Below, one piece after another: positions 38,960 through 48,494 of a stretch of 64,000 nucleotides of DNA. Each line of letters begins with the position of its first letter. Within the stretch, counting starts at the first letter, position 1. Both the position numbers and the translations under genes were made by a program. Source of the stretch: Calditrichales bacterium (GTDB lineage: Bacteria > Calditrichota > Calditrichia > Calditrichales > J004); the NCBI GenBank assembly GCA_965267575.1, contig OZ254086.1:4256001-4320000 (forward strand), read 5' to 3'. The notes under the pieces were generated by a model, which was not told the DNA's origin, ran no database searches, and saw nothing but the letters and a program-made list of their open reading frames with translations.

Positions 38960-39630
38960 CAAATTACGAATTACGAATGTTGATCTCCCTATAAGGAAGT
39001 AACCGTGATGAAGTAAAAAAGTAACGGGGTAACCGGGTGACGGAGTAACACCCCCGTCCTTTCATTCTGAACCACCGCCTACGTCATTCTGAACTCGTTT
39101 CAGAATTTACGCCCCCTTTCCACAAAAACACCTTGGTTGTCATTTCAAACGAAGTGAGAAATCCAGGCAACATACGCATCCCGGATTTCTCACCCCTATC
39201 GGGGATTCGAAATGACACAAACGCATTTTCCTTCCTTTAGGCTAAGGGAAAGGATGCCCGCCAGGGCAGGATGGGCTCGTCTCCCGTAACCCCGTCACTC
39301 CGTTACCCCGTAACCTCTTCCATATCCGTCATTCTGAACTCGTTTCAGAATCCCCACTCGTCCCATGCCGGAGATCCTGAAATAAACCCAGGATGACGAT
39401 ACAAGTAATTCCCCCTTATCAAAGAGCCTGCCCGCCTTTGGCGTGGGGGCAGGGGGTTGTCCATCTGTATTCTACCATCTGCCCCAATTCACAACCCCTT
39501 AATCCCCTTTTTTAAGGGGAGACAACTCTTTTCCTTCCCTTAGGCTAAGGGAAGGATGCCAGTCAGGGCAGGATGGGTTCGTCTCCCGTCACCCCGTCAC
39601 TCTGTCACCCGTAACCTCGTAACCACCCGC
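38960..39630. repeat. Mosaic REP-like block 5 (left flank of DUF5674 cassette)
   Basis: Heptamers, octamers, A at 39082 and 39327, C at 39138-39217, D at ~39227 and ~39531, B at 39372, CCCCTT/AAGGGG module at ~39408-39522. Confidence 0.92.
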
Positions 39631-39639
39631 AACACTGGA

Positions 39640-39668
39640 TTGACAACAATCATCTCTTATATTATTAC
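39640..39668 (+). promoter_or_regulatory. Possible sigma70 promoter for the DUF5674 cassette
   Basis: Perfect TTGACA at 39640-39645 followed by an AT-rich TATATTATTAC region; the exact -10 is ambiguous. Confidence 0.4.
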
Positions 39669-39689
39669 AACAGAAAACGAAAGAGAAGC

Positions 39690-40037
39690 ATGCAAATTAT
39701 CGATAAACCCGTTTCACTTGCACACGTGATCAAAAGCTGCAGCCACCTTTTTGACGACATGGTAAAAATCGTAGTAGATATTGAAAAAGAGACCGTCGGA
39801 ATAGATGCGGAAATGCATGCGGATCTGGAAGCTGAAATGCTGGAACAGGGATCAAAGCAAAGCAGCCTATGGGGTGCGAATATTTACTTTAATAAAAGCG
39901 GTGAAGATTTTATTGAATACACATCTTTTATTAATATCCGTCCGCGCGAGAATAACCGCGGAATGGAAGTAATGGATGAAAATGTGCGTAATAAGATTCG
40001 CCAAATCGTAGAAAGAATATTCCTTAAAGACTCATGA
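39690..40037 (+). CDS. DUF5674 family protein
   Basis: Recognised pattern MVK.VVD.E......AEMH.D.E...LE.GS.Q..LWGAN......IE..S.INIRP...NR.M. Confidence 0.8.
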   Translation: MQIIDKPVSLAHVIKSCSHLFDDMVKIVVDIEKETVGIDAEMHADLEAEMLEQGSKQSSLWGANIYFNKSGEDFIEYTSFINIRPRENNRGMEVMDENVRNKIRQIVERIFLKDS

Positions 40038-40384
40038 GCAAAACAAGCCAACATAACAGCCTCACGCCTGAGCGCTGGCAACAGCTGCCTCCTTTTCAGC
40101 AAATCCTGATGATTGCAAACGAGCTTAACCGTGCCGGCAACTGGCTCAATAAGCGACAATATAAGGAGGCTAAATCGTGCCATGAACGTGCCCTGGAGCT
40201 GACATCTCTCACCCTCGAAGATAATCAGTGGCAAAACAAGCGCCGCGAACTGGCCCGGTTTAAAGAGATAACCGCTACCTTATACGCGGACCCGGCACCC
40301 GATGCTGCCCTGAACACCCAACTCATGAAATGCCTGATCGCTTTAGAACCACAAGCGTGGCACATGATGTACGGCCAAGAATAA
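40034..40384 (+). CDS. Hypothetical alpha-helical protein, translationally coupled to the DUF5674 gene
   Basis: ATGA overlap at 40034-40037; RW.....QQ.LMIANE.NRA..W ... ERALEL..LT..D ... REL.R..E pattern. Confidence 0.75.
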   Translation: MSKTSQHNSLTPERWQQLPPFQQILMIANELNRAGNWLNKRQYKEAKSCHERALELTSLTLEDNQWQNKRRELARFKEITATLYADPAPDAALNTQLMKCLIALEPQAWHMMYGQE

Positions 40385-40391
40385 TAATGTC

Positions 40392-40878
40392 CGCCATCCT
40401 GAACGATATCATGCCGTCATTCTGAACTCCAGTCCTCAAAAACACCTGATTGTCATTTCGAACAAAGTGAGAAATCCCGACAACAGATGTATCCAAGATT
40501 TCTCACCCCTATCGGGGATTCGAAATGAAACAAATACTCTTTCCTTCCCTTAGGCTAAGGGAAGGATGCCCGGCTGGGCAGGATGGGTTCGTCTCCCGTA
40601 ACCCCGTCACTACGTTACCCCGTAACCTCTTCACCATTCCGTCATTCTGAACTCGTTTCAGAATCTAATCCCGCACTGTGAAAAAGATCCTGAAATAAAC
40701 CCAGGATGACGATACAAGTAATTCCCCCTTATCAAAGAGCCTGCCCGCCTTTGGCGGGGGGCAGGGGGTTGTCTCCCTCTGTATTCTACCACCTGCCCCT
40801 ATTCACAACCCCTTAGTCCCCTTTTTTAAGGGGAGACAACTCTTCCTTTCCTTAGGCTAAGGGCAGGATGGGCTCGTC
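40392..40878. repeat. Mosaic REP-like block 6 (right flank; direct repeat of ~39124-39580)
   Basis: Same module order C-D-octamer-A-B-CCCCTT module-D, with near-identical linkers. Confidence 0.92.
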
Positions 40879-41016
40879 TGTCGATTTATTCAGAACATAT
40901 TTGTTTTCTAAAGCCAACGGAATGTAAACCTTACAATAATAAAACAATGGCTTCACGCGCTTCTTATCATTTCGCGTCAAATTCCGGCTTAGAAATAATT
41001 CATCCGGATTTGTAAA

Positions 41017-41958
41017 ATGACCCTTAAGATTGCGCATATTTCAGACCTGCATCTTTGCCGCCGTAACCGTCCGGCCAACATCGCCATGAGCGAGCGGCTG
41101 CTTTTTGAAGCACAACGGGCCCGCGTGGACCACCTGCTTATCTCCGGCGATATCAGTCACGACTCCGACGCCGACGACTGGATGATCTTCCGCGAACAAC
41201 TGCAGCAATACGGCTTTCTCAATCCGGCAAAGGCATCAATCGTGATCGGCAATCACGATATTTTTGGCGGCGTTCATCTGGCCACCGATATCATTACATA
41301 CCCGCAGCGCTGCCGCGAAACGCCCTATGAGCGCAAAATTGTCTTGTTTGCCGATATCTTCGCTGAACTATTTGAGGGTACGGTTACAGTGCGGGAAGAT
41401 ACTATTTTCCCTTACGCCAAAGATTTGGGTGATGCGGTTGTTTTCGGCATAAATACCAACATGGCCTACTCGCCATGGAGCAACCCGATGGCCAGCAACG
41501 GCAGCCTGCAAAAAGAAGAGTGGCATGATCTCAAAACATTGCTGCGGGATGACCGCTTCTCTGATAAACCGCGGATCATGCTTTGCCATCATCACTTTGG
41601 GCATAAACACCGGCGCAAGGAAACAAACGGCTTCCTGCTGTGGAAGCTGATCGAGCGCTACACGATCCGCCTGCACAGGCAAAAAAAGCTGACAAGCCTG
41701 CTGGCCCGCCATAACATTAAAGCGGTTTTTCACGGACACGTGCATTACAACCATTATTACAATCACAAAAAGATGCTTTTTATAAACGGTGGCGGCTCGG
41801 TAGAAAGCGACATTCCCGGGGAAAACGGCAATCTCAACCTGATTGAATTTGATCGTGAACATATTGACATCGAAATTAGACGCATTACGGGCGAAAAGAA
41901 AAAGGAGCACAGACCTGTTCTGCTCTATCGCGAACTAAAACCCGGATTTGTAGGATAG
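41017..41958 (+). CDS. Calcineurin-like metallophosphoesterase
   Basis: SDLH, SGD, GNHD, HH and HGHVH motifs. Confidence 0.92.
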   Translation: MTLKIAHISDLHLCRRNRPANIAMSERLLFEAQRARVDHLLISGDISHDSDADDWMIFREQLQQYGFLNPAKASIVIGNHDIFGGVHLATDIITYPQRCRETPYERKIVLFADIFAELFEGTVTVREDTIFPYAKDLGDAVVFGINTNMAYSPWSNPMASNGSLQKEEWHDLKTLLRDDRFSDKPRIMLCHHHFGHKHRRKETNGFLLWKLIERYTIRLHRQKKLTSLLARHNIKAVFHGHVHYNHYYNHKKMLFINGGGSVESDIPGENGNLNLIEFDREHIDIEIRRITGEKKKEHRPVLLYRELKPGFVG

Positions 41959-41975
41959 CCGTTACGGAGAAAGTT

Positions 41976-42746
41976 TTGCAGCGCGCGACTTTAACGATCT
42001 ATAAAAAATTTGCAAAATACCTGGCCAACGAAAGCGCCAGGATTATCATGAACTATTACCGCAGGCCGCTTACCGTTGAAAGCAAAGCCGATGAATCGCC
42101 GGTAACCCGCGCTGACAAGGAAGCAGAAAAACGCATGCGCGATCTCATCAGCAGCGAGTTCCCGGAACACGGCATCATGGGCGAGGAATTTGGCCTGCAC
42201 CAACCCGACGCGTCCTGGCGCTGGGTGCTGGACCCGATTGATGGCACGAAAAGCTTTATCCACGGCAGCTTTATGTTTGGCACGCTGATCGCCCTGCTTA
42301 AAGATGGCGAACCGGTTCTCGGCGTTATCAATTTTCCCGCTTTGAAACAGTTTATGATCGGCGATAACAGGCGAACGCTGTTAAACGGCGAGCCGGTGGC
42401 AGTGCGCAAAACAAAGCAACTGAGCGATGCCACGCTGCTGGCAACGGATCATCTGGATATAGCGCGTCATCAAAACGGCGCGGCTTTTGATAAGCTTGCC
42501 TCACGGGTCAGGCTGTACCGCACCTGGGGCGATTGCTACGGTTACTACCTTCTGGCCGGCGGCTATGCCGATATCATGATTGACCCGGTGATGTCGCCCT
42601 GGGACACGATGGCCCTTATCCCCGTCATTCAGGGCGCCGGGGGGATTATAACAGATTACCGGGGCAACGATGCCGCAAAAGGCAACAGCGTTATCGCCGC
42701 CAATGCCGATTTACATGGCGAGGTAATCCGCCGACTGAATCCCTAG
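41976..42746 (+). CDS. hisN: Inositol monophosphatase family histidinol-phosphatase
   Basis: SPVTRAD, GEEFG, WVLDPIDGTKSF, WGDCYGY, PWD..AL.P...GAGG. Confidence 0.85.
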   Translation: MQRATLTIYKKFAKYLANESARIIMNYYRRPLTVESKADESPVTRADKEAEKRMRDLISSEFPEHGIMGEEFGLHQPDASWRWVLDPIDGTKSFIHGSFMFGTLIALLKDGEPVLGVINFPALKQFMIGDNRRTLLNGEPVAVRKTKQLSDATLLATDHLDIARHQNGAAFDKLASRVRLYRTWGDCYGYYLLAGGYADIMIDPVMSPWDTMALIPVIQGAGGIITDYRGNDAAKGNSVIAANADLHGEVIRRLNP

Positions 42747-42838
42747 AATCTTCCCGCTATTGTTTGCATCCCCTCTTTTGTATTATCTTAAAGCGCATTA
42801 AATGCTTTTGCCCCGCCATATTAAACCGGAAATAAACG

Positions 42839-43822
42839 ATGAAAAACCGTGCCCAGAAAATAAGGCTTGGCGTATTTGTATTGGTCAGCGGCGCCGTCTT
42901 TATAGCGTTGATCGTATTTTTTACCAGCCAGAAACTCTTCCAGGAAAAAGACACCTATTATATTGCCTATAAAGATGTATCAGTGAGCGGCCTCGAGGTA
43001 GGAAGCCCCGTTAAATACCTGGGATTGAGGGTTGGCACCGTTGAAGATATCCGTATTGATCCCAAGGATGTAAGTAAGATTATTGTAGAAGTGGCGCTAA
43101 AACCGGGAACGCCCATTAAGCGCGACGCCCGCGCTGAGGTGGCCAATATCGGCATCACCGGTCTGAAGATGATCGAGATACGCGGCGGCAGCAAAGACGC
43201 GGCGCTGCGCAAGCCCGGCGGCTATATTCCGGCAGGCGCATCCATCACCGAGGAAATCACCGGCAAAGCCGAGGTGATAGCCGAAAAGCTGGAGCTTGTG
43301 CTTAATAACATCCTGGCTTTCACAGAGCCCGAAAAAATGGACAATATCATCCGCACGGCGGAAAACGCCGCTGATGCATTCGAAAGTATGGATATTATCC
43401 TGAAGGAAAACCGCGAAGCCCTGAACATGACACTCAGCAATACCAGCGAGATCACAGCCAGGCTCGACTCCACGGCGCGCTACATGCAACTTACGGCCAT
43501 GCAGATAAACAGCGTGGTGAGCAGTGATACCCTGCGCCAGATCCTGGCCAACACGCGTGATTTTACGTTGCGCATCAAGGAGATCAACCTGTTGCATCTG
43601 GTAAAAGAGCTGGAACAGGTGGCCGGCCAGACCAATCGCCTGTTGCTGCAAATGGACAACGAACTGGAACGAAGCAGCTACAACTTCGCGCTGAGCATGC
43701 AGCAGCTCAAAAATACCCTGGATAACCTCAATGAAGCATCCCGCAAGATACAGCAGGATCCTTCCGTACTAATACGCGGACAAGAATATGATGAGACGCC
43801 CGATGAAGAACTGGATGATTAA
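42839..43822 (+). CDS. mlaD: MCE/MlaD family protein
   Basis: N-terminal TM, VSGL..GSPVKY.G..VG.V, helical tail ending in PS.LI.G. Confidence 0.9.
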   Translation: MKNRAQKIRLGVFVLVSGAVFIALIVFFTSQKLFQEKDTYYIAYKDVSVSGLEVGSPVKYLGLRVGTVEDIRIDPKDVSKIIVEVALKPGTPIKRDARAEVANIGITGLKMIEIRGGSKDAALRKPGGYIPAGASITEEITGKAEVIAEKLELVLNNILAFTEPEKMDNIIRTAENAADAFESMDIILKENREALNMTLSNTSEITARLDSTARYMQLTAMQINSVVSSDTLRQILANTRDFTLRIKEINLLHLVKELEQVAGQTNRLLLQMDNELERSSYNFALSMQQLKNTLDNLNEASRKIQQDPSVLIRGQEYDETPDEELDD

Positions 43823-44456
43823 TCGCAAAACAAAGCGGCTGGTGTGGGCGCTGCTGATTGGCCTTAGCGCCGTGCTGTTGTACGCCTGCGGCCATACCAC
43901 CGAACTGCAACGCTTTTACGTGCTTGAACTAAGCGGCAGCTACGATACGACCTGGGCGGAGCCCCAGCCGCTTAGCGACGCTAATTGTGAAATCGGTATG
44001 CCGCAAATTACCCAGGCCTATGCCAACGACCGCATTGCCCTGCGCACCAAAAGCCACGAGCTGGTTTACTATACCGCAAGGCGCTGGGCGGTTAAACCGG
44101 ATATCGCCATGGAACAGCTTATCGAAGATTACCTGGCCCGGCGTCATGTTTTCCGCCTTGCCAGTGCGCGCTTCTGGAAAAGTGTGCCCGAATACCGCAT
44201 TGATACACGCGTGCATGTGCTGGAAGTGGCCGAGCTGGACGACGATCTCTACGCCCATCTCAGCGTAAGCTTTTTGCTTCAGGGTTACGAAGACCGCCGC
44301 GAGCTGGTTTTTCATGCATCGGATCGCATGCTGCCGCTGGATGAGCGCAATCTCAACAGCTTTGCCGGTATTATCAGCCTGATGTTCAGTGAAGAGCTGC
44401 GCGCTTTTACGGACAAAATTATCCCGGTTGTGCAAACAGCCAAAGACAGCGAATAA
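43815..44456 (+). CDS. ABC-type transport auxiliary lipoprotein (PqiC-like)
   Basis: Lipobox LYAC, FY.L and Y....RWA..P motifs; start chosen at the ATG overlapping the mlaD end. Confidence 0.8.
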   Translation: MINRKTKRLVWALLIGLSAVLLYACGHTTELQRFYVLELSGSYDTTWAEPQPLSDANCEIGMPQITQAYANDRIALRTKSHELVYYTARRWAVKPDIAMEQLIEDYLARRHVFRLASARFWKSVPEYRIDTRVHVLEVAELDDDLYAHLSVSFLLQGYEDRRELVFHASDRMLPLDERNLNSFAGIISLMFSEELRAFTDKIIPVVQTAKDSE

Positions 44457-44458
44457 TC

Positions 44459-45574
44459 ATGCCCAAAAGCACAGACAGTCGTGTTGCTTTTAACTGGCAG
44501 CTGGATGGCGGTACCCTGCGTCTGGAGGCTTCGTGGGTTCTGGCCAGCGTCAACCGTTCTCTGCCGGAGATGCTTTCGCGGCTGCATAATTATGATGAAC
44601 AGAAACTGGTTATCAACCTCGAAGGGCTGCAGGAAATAGACAGCGCCGGTGTGGCTGCTTTGGATTACCTGCGGCAGCAACTGGAACAACGCAATATTGC
44701 CATTGATATTGAAGGCGGCTCCGGCACAATCCGCAAAAATTTACAAAGCTTTCATACAACACAAACGCTGCCGGCACTGCCCAAGTCCCCCACTTTTTTT
44801 GAAAAGCTCGGCGAAAACACCTGGCTCTTTTTCACACGCAGCGTTCGGGATTTCATCTATCTGTCTGCCGACATATTTTATTGGGCGCTTGCCGATATTT
44901 TTGGGTCGCGCTTCCGCCGCAAAGGATCGTTCGTCGAACAGGCTGTCCAGATCGGGGCCAACGCCCTGCCCATCGTCGGTTTAATGTCTTTTCTGATCGG
45001 CCTGGTGCTGGCGCTGCAATCGGCGGCGCAGCTGCGCGAGTTCGGGGCCAATATTTTCATCGTGGACCTGATCGTGATTGCCATGATGCGCGAGATGGGC
45101 CCGCTGATCACGGCGATCATTGTTGCCGGCCGCAGCGGCTCGGCCATTGCTTCGGAAATTGCCACCATGAAAGTAACCGAAGAGCTCGATGCATTAACGA
45201 CCATGGGTCTTAATCCCATTCGCTTTGTGGTTGTGCCTAAAATGCAGGCCAGCGTTTTTACAATGCCCATGCTTACCGTGCTGGCTACGGTGTGCGGTAT
45301 TTTCGGCGGCATGGTGGTGGCCCTGGCCTACCTGGACATTTCGCCGCTGGTCTTTTTAAACCGCATGAACGAAGCCCTTTACATGCGTGACCTGGCCACC
45401 GGTTTTATCAAAAGCCTCGTTTTCGCCGGGCTGATCGTCTATACCGGCAGCTTTTTCGGCTTTCGCGTTGAACAAGGCGCGGAAGGCGTTGGCCGCGTTA
45501 CAACCTCATCGGTGGTGGTTTCCATATCGCTGGTCATCGTTGCCGATAGTATCCTCGGACTTATTTTTTACTAG
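44459..45574 (+). CDS. mlaE: MlaE family permease with N-terminal STAS domain
   Basis: IDSAG STAS motif; REMGPLITAII.AGRSGSAIASEI.TMKVTEE.DAL. Confidence 0.93.
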   Translation: MPKSTDSRVAFNWQLDGGTLRLEASWVLASVNRSLPEMLSRLHNYDEQKLVINLEGLQEIDSAGVAALDYLRQQLEQRNIAIDIEGGSGTIRKNLQSFHTTQTLPALPKSPTFFEKLGENTWLFFTRSVRDFIYLSADIFYWALADIFGSRFRRKGSFVEQAVQIGANALPIVGLMSFLIGLVLALQSAAQLREFGANIFIVDLIVIAMMREMGPLITAIIVAGRSGSAIASEIATMKVTEELDALTTMGLNPIRFVVVPKMQASVFTMPMLTVLATVCGIFGGMVVALAYLDISPLVFLNRMNEALYMRDLATGFIKSLVFAGLIVYTGSFFGFRVEQGAEGVGRVTTSSVVVSISLVIVADSILGLIFY

Positions 45575-45579
45575 GCGCC

Positions 45580-46332
45580 ATGGAAAAGAAAACCGTAATA
45601 GAAGTTGAAAATCTGAGTGCCCGTTTCGGCGAGCGCCGGGTGCTGGACGGTGTAACATTCCACGCTTATGAAAACGAAGTGACCGTTTTGCTTGGCGGAA
45701 GCGGCAGCGGCAAAACAACAATCCTGAAGCACCTCATCGGCCTCTACCCCGTGGCGTCCGGTTCCGTCCGCGTTCTGGATTTCCTGCTGGAAAACGCAAC
45801 CGAGGCCCAGAAACAAAACCTGTTCATGCAGATGGGTGTATTGTATCAGAATGGCGCGTTGCTTAACTCGCTTTCCGTGGCTGAAAACGTAAGCCTGCCC
45901 CTGGTGCAGCACTTTAATCTGCCCCCTGCCGTGGCCGACCGCCTGGCCTATATGAAACTGGAGCTACTCAACCTCGGTGATGCCTTTCATCTTTATCCTT
46001 CTCAGCTTAGCGGGGGTATGCGCAAGCGCGCTGCCCTGGCCCGCTCCATCGCACTGGACCCGCCGCTGCTTTTCTGCGACGAACCGGGCGCAGGACTCGA
46101 TCCGGTGTCCCTGGCCCAACTCGACGCCCTGATACTGAAAATGAAAAATCAGCTGGGCATGACCGTCATCCTCGTTACGCATGAAGTATCAAGCATTCGC
46201 CGCCTGGCCGATCGCATTATCTTTCTGGATGAAGGAAAGGTTGTTTTCCAGGGGCCGCTTGATGATGCGCTGAGCAGCGACCTGGCAAGCGTCCGGAATT
46301 TTTTCAAACAAGCCCACGGAAAAGAAAAATAA
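45580..46332 (+). CDS. mlaF: MlaF-like ABC transporter ATP-binding protein
   Basis: GGSGSGKT, LSGGMRKR, DEP.AGLDP, VTH. Confidence 0.93.
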   Translation: MEKKTVIEVENLSARFGERRVLDGVTFHAYENEVTVLLGGSGSGKTTILKHLIGLYPVASGSVRVLDFLLENATEAQKQNLFMQMGVLYQNGALLNSLSVAENVSLPLVQHFNLPPAVADRLAYMKLELLNLGDAFHLYPSQLSGGMRKRAALARSIALDPPLLFCDEPGAGLDPVSLAQLDALILKMKNQLGMTVILVTHEVSSIRRLADRIIFLDEGKVVFQGPLDDALSSDLASVRNFFKQAHGKEK

Positions 46333-46424
46333 TCTCCCGACGCTTTGCCTGTTATCATACGGGCATGTAACTTTTGGAGCTGTTCTTCGCAGATTGTCTC
46401 TGAACCAAATGGAGGAGCATTATT

Positions 46425-48494
46425 ATGAAGCGCGTAATTTTATTGATCGCCGTTTTTACTTTTACACTCTTTGCCCAGCAACCTTCCGCCTCCGCCCAAA
46501 ACGAATTCAACAAGCTGGTTGAAGACGATCTGCAGGCGCAGCAACTTGTCGGTCTTTCTGTTGCCGTAATCCACAATGATAAAGAATGGACCGAGGCCTA
46601 TGGATATGCCGATCTGGAAAACCGTGTTAAAACCACACCGGCATCGCGCTTTCGGCTGGCGTCGGTTACCAAGCCGATGACCGCTGTGGGCATACTCGTG
46701 CTGGTTCAGCAGGGCAAGGTCAAACTGGATGAAGAGGTTCAAGCCTACGTGCCCGGTTTTCCCAAAAAAAAATATCCCGTGACTGTTCGTCAGTTGCTGG
46801 GACACCTTTCCGGCATCAGCCACTATAAAAACTATGACGCGGAAGCAAACACCACCCGACAAATGCCTACGGAAGATGCTCTTGCCATTTTCAAAGAGTG
46901 GGATCTGCTTTTCGAACCGGAAGCACGTTTTCAATACACTACTTATGGATATAACCTGTTGGGCGCTGTCATTGAAGCGGCCAGCGGACAAAGCTATCAG
47001 GATTTCATGAGCGCCAACGTCTGGGGGCCGCTGAACATGTCCGGCATTTCGGTGGATTACCTCTACAAACTGATCCCCAACCGTGCCAGCGGTTACACGA
47101 TGCAAAACGGTGAGATCATCAACTCCCGGCCGGTAAGCACCAGCCTTAAAATTGCCGGCGGCGGCACGCGAGCCACAGCTCTGGACATGGCACGCTTTGC
47201 TTCCGGGCTCAATAACGGCAAGGTGCTGCAGTCAAGCTGGCGCGATAGCATGTGGATGCCCATGGCACTTCAGAGCGGGCGCTACACCGGTTATGGCATG
47301 GGCTGGGGCATCGGCTCTTTTAACGGCAGGTACACGGTGCAGCACAGCGGCGGCCAGGAAGGAACGCGCACCTATCTGCTCAATTTGCCCGCGGAAAAAC
47401 TCTCCATCGCGATTGCCTCTAATTTCGAACAGAGCAATCCGGGAAAATACGCTTACCGCCTGGCCGAACTGATCCTGAATGAAAAGCAGAACCCGGTGCG
47501 TCCGTACTTTGCCGACCAAAGCAGGCAGATTATTTTTGAAATGCTGGAGAGCATTTACACAAACGGATTCAGCTATTTTGATTATTTTAAACGCCCCTTT
47601 ACACGAGGCGCCCATGGCCTGGATGCGGCCTTCGCCTATGTAAATAATTTTGACGACAGCGCCCGGAAAGACAGCTTGCTGCAGGCCGGCATACACCCCG
47701 TTGCCGATAATGCCTTTGTTACAGCAGGCTCCTTTATGGCTTCAACAATAAAAGATATTTACGGCCAACAACGGCTGGAGAAGTTGCACAAGTCCGGCGT
47801 TTTGGCCTTTTTTAACACATACGTGGAGGCCTGCCGCGAATATCCGCAGCGCATCCCCTACACATTGGAAGATGACCTGGAGACAGCAGTCAGCTCCTGG
47901 TATCCCGTGTGGCAAAGTTATGAAGACGAGAAAATGCTTTCCATGGAAATAAGCGCTGCAACGGACATAGAAAAAACACGCGCCAGGCTTGAAGAGGCCT
48001 TCACCAACAAATCCCTTTTTCCCGATTACAGCGATGAACTCGTAAGCGTCTCCCGCACATTTTTGCAAAAAGACAACATTGCCAAAGCACAAAAATTCGC
48101 TGAGACGGCCAAAGGTCTTTACCCCGGTGATGGTGACGGGTCGGCCATGCTGGGAGTGCTTAGTATCATTTCAGGTAATCCCGCTGCCGGCAAATTGCTC
48201 ATTGAGGAAGCGATGCAGGCAAATCCGGATGGCTTGGCGGCACAAAGCAACCTGAACACCATTGCTTACGAGCTGGCAGCAGATGAATCCTATGATGAAG
48301 CGATTGCACTGCTGCAGGTTGCCATAGAGCTAAATCCCAAAGTCGCCAACCTTTATGACAGCACGGGTGAGATGTACCTGCGCAAAGGCGATCACGGCAC
48401 AGCCATAGAATGGTATAAAAAGGCTTTAAAGATCGATCCCGATTTTGTAAACGCACAACAGATGCTGAAACAAATAGAGGAATCCGGAAAATAG
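46425..48494 (+). CDS. Secreted serine hydrolase (beta-lactamase class C-like family) with C-terminal TPRs
   Basis: Signal peptide; SVTK, LL.HLSG, F.YTT.GY.LLG, HSG; TPR N.YDS.GE.Y. Confidence 0.88.
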   Translation: MKRVILLIAVFTFTLFAQQPSASAQNEFNKLVEDDLQAQQLVGLSVAVIHNDKEWTEAYGYADLENRVKTTPASRFRLASVTKPMTAVGILVLVQQGKVKLDEEVQAYVPGFPKKKYPVTVRQLLGHLSGISHYKNYDAEANTTRQMPTEDALAIFKEWDLLFEPEARFQYTTYGYNLLGAVIEAASGQSYQDFMSANVWGPLNMSGISVDYLYKLIPNRASGYTMQNGEIINSRPVSTSLKIAGGGTRATALDMARFASGLNNGKVLQSSWRDSMWMPMALQSGRYTGYGMGWGIGSFNGRYTVQHSGGQEGTRTYLLNLPAEKLSIAIASNFEQSNPGKYAYRLAELILNEKQNPVRPYFADQSRQIIFEMLESIYTNGFSYFDYFKRPFTRGAHGLDAAFAYVNNFDDSARKDSLLQAGIHPVADNAFVTAGSFMASTIKDIYGQQRLEKLHKSGVLAFFNTYVEACREYPQRIPYTLEDDLETAVSSWYPVWQSYEDEKMLSMEISAATDIEKTRARLEEAFTNKSLFPDYSDELVSVSRTFLQKDNIAKAQKFAETAKGLYPGDGDGSAMLGVLSIISGNPAAGKLLIEEAMQANPDGLAAQSNLNTIAYELAADESYDEAIALLQVAIELNPKVANLYDSTGEMYLRKGDHGTAIEWYKKALKIDPDFVNAQQMLKQIEESGK

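Noticed and set aside
34160..40878. CRISPR array
   Set aside because: Repeats occur in both orientations with irregular spacing and recurring linkers; no run of unique 30-40 nt spacers and no cas genes.
34160..40878. Integron attC cassette array
   Set aside because: No RYYYAAC...GTTRRRY-bounded attC structure recognised and no integrase in the window.
46425..48494. Antibiotic-resistance beta-lactamase call
   Set aside because: The fold family includes many peptidases and esterases; the YTT variant and TPR fusion do not support a resistance assignment.
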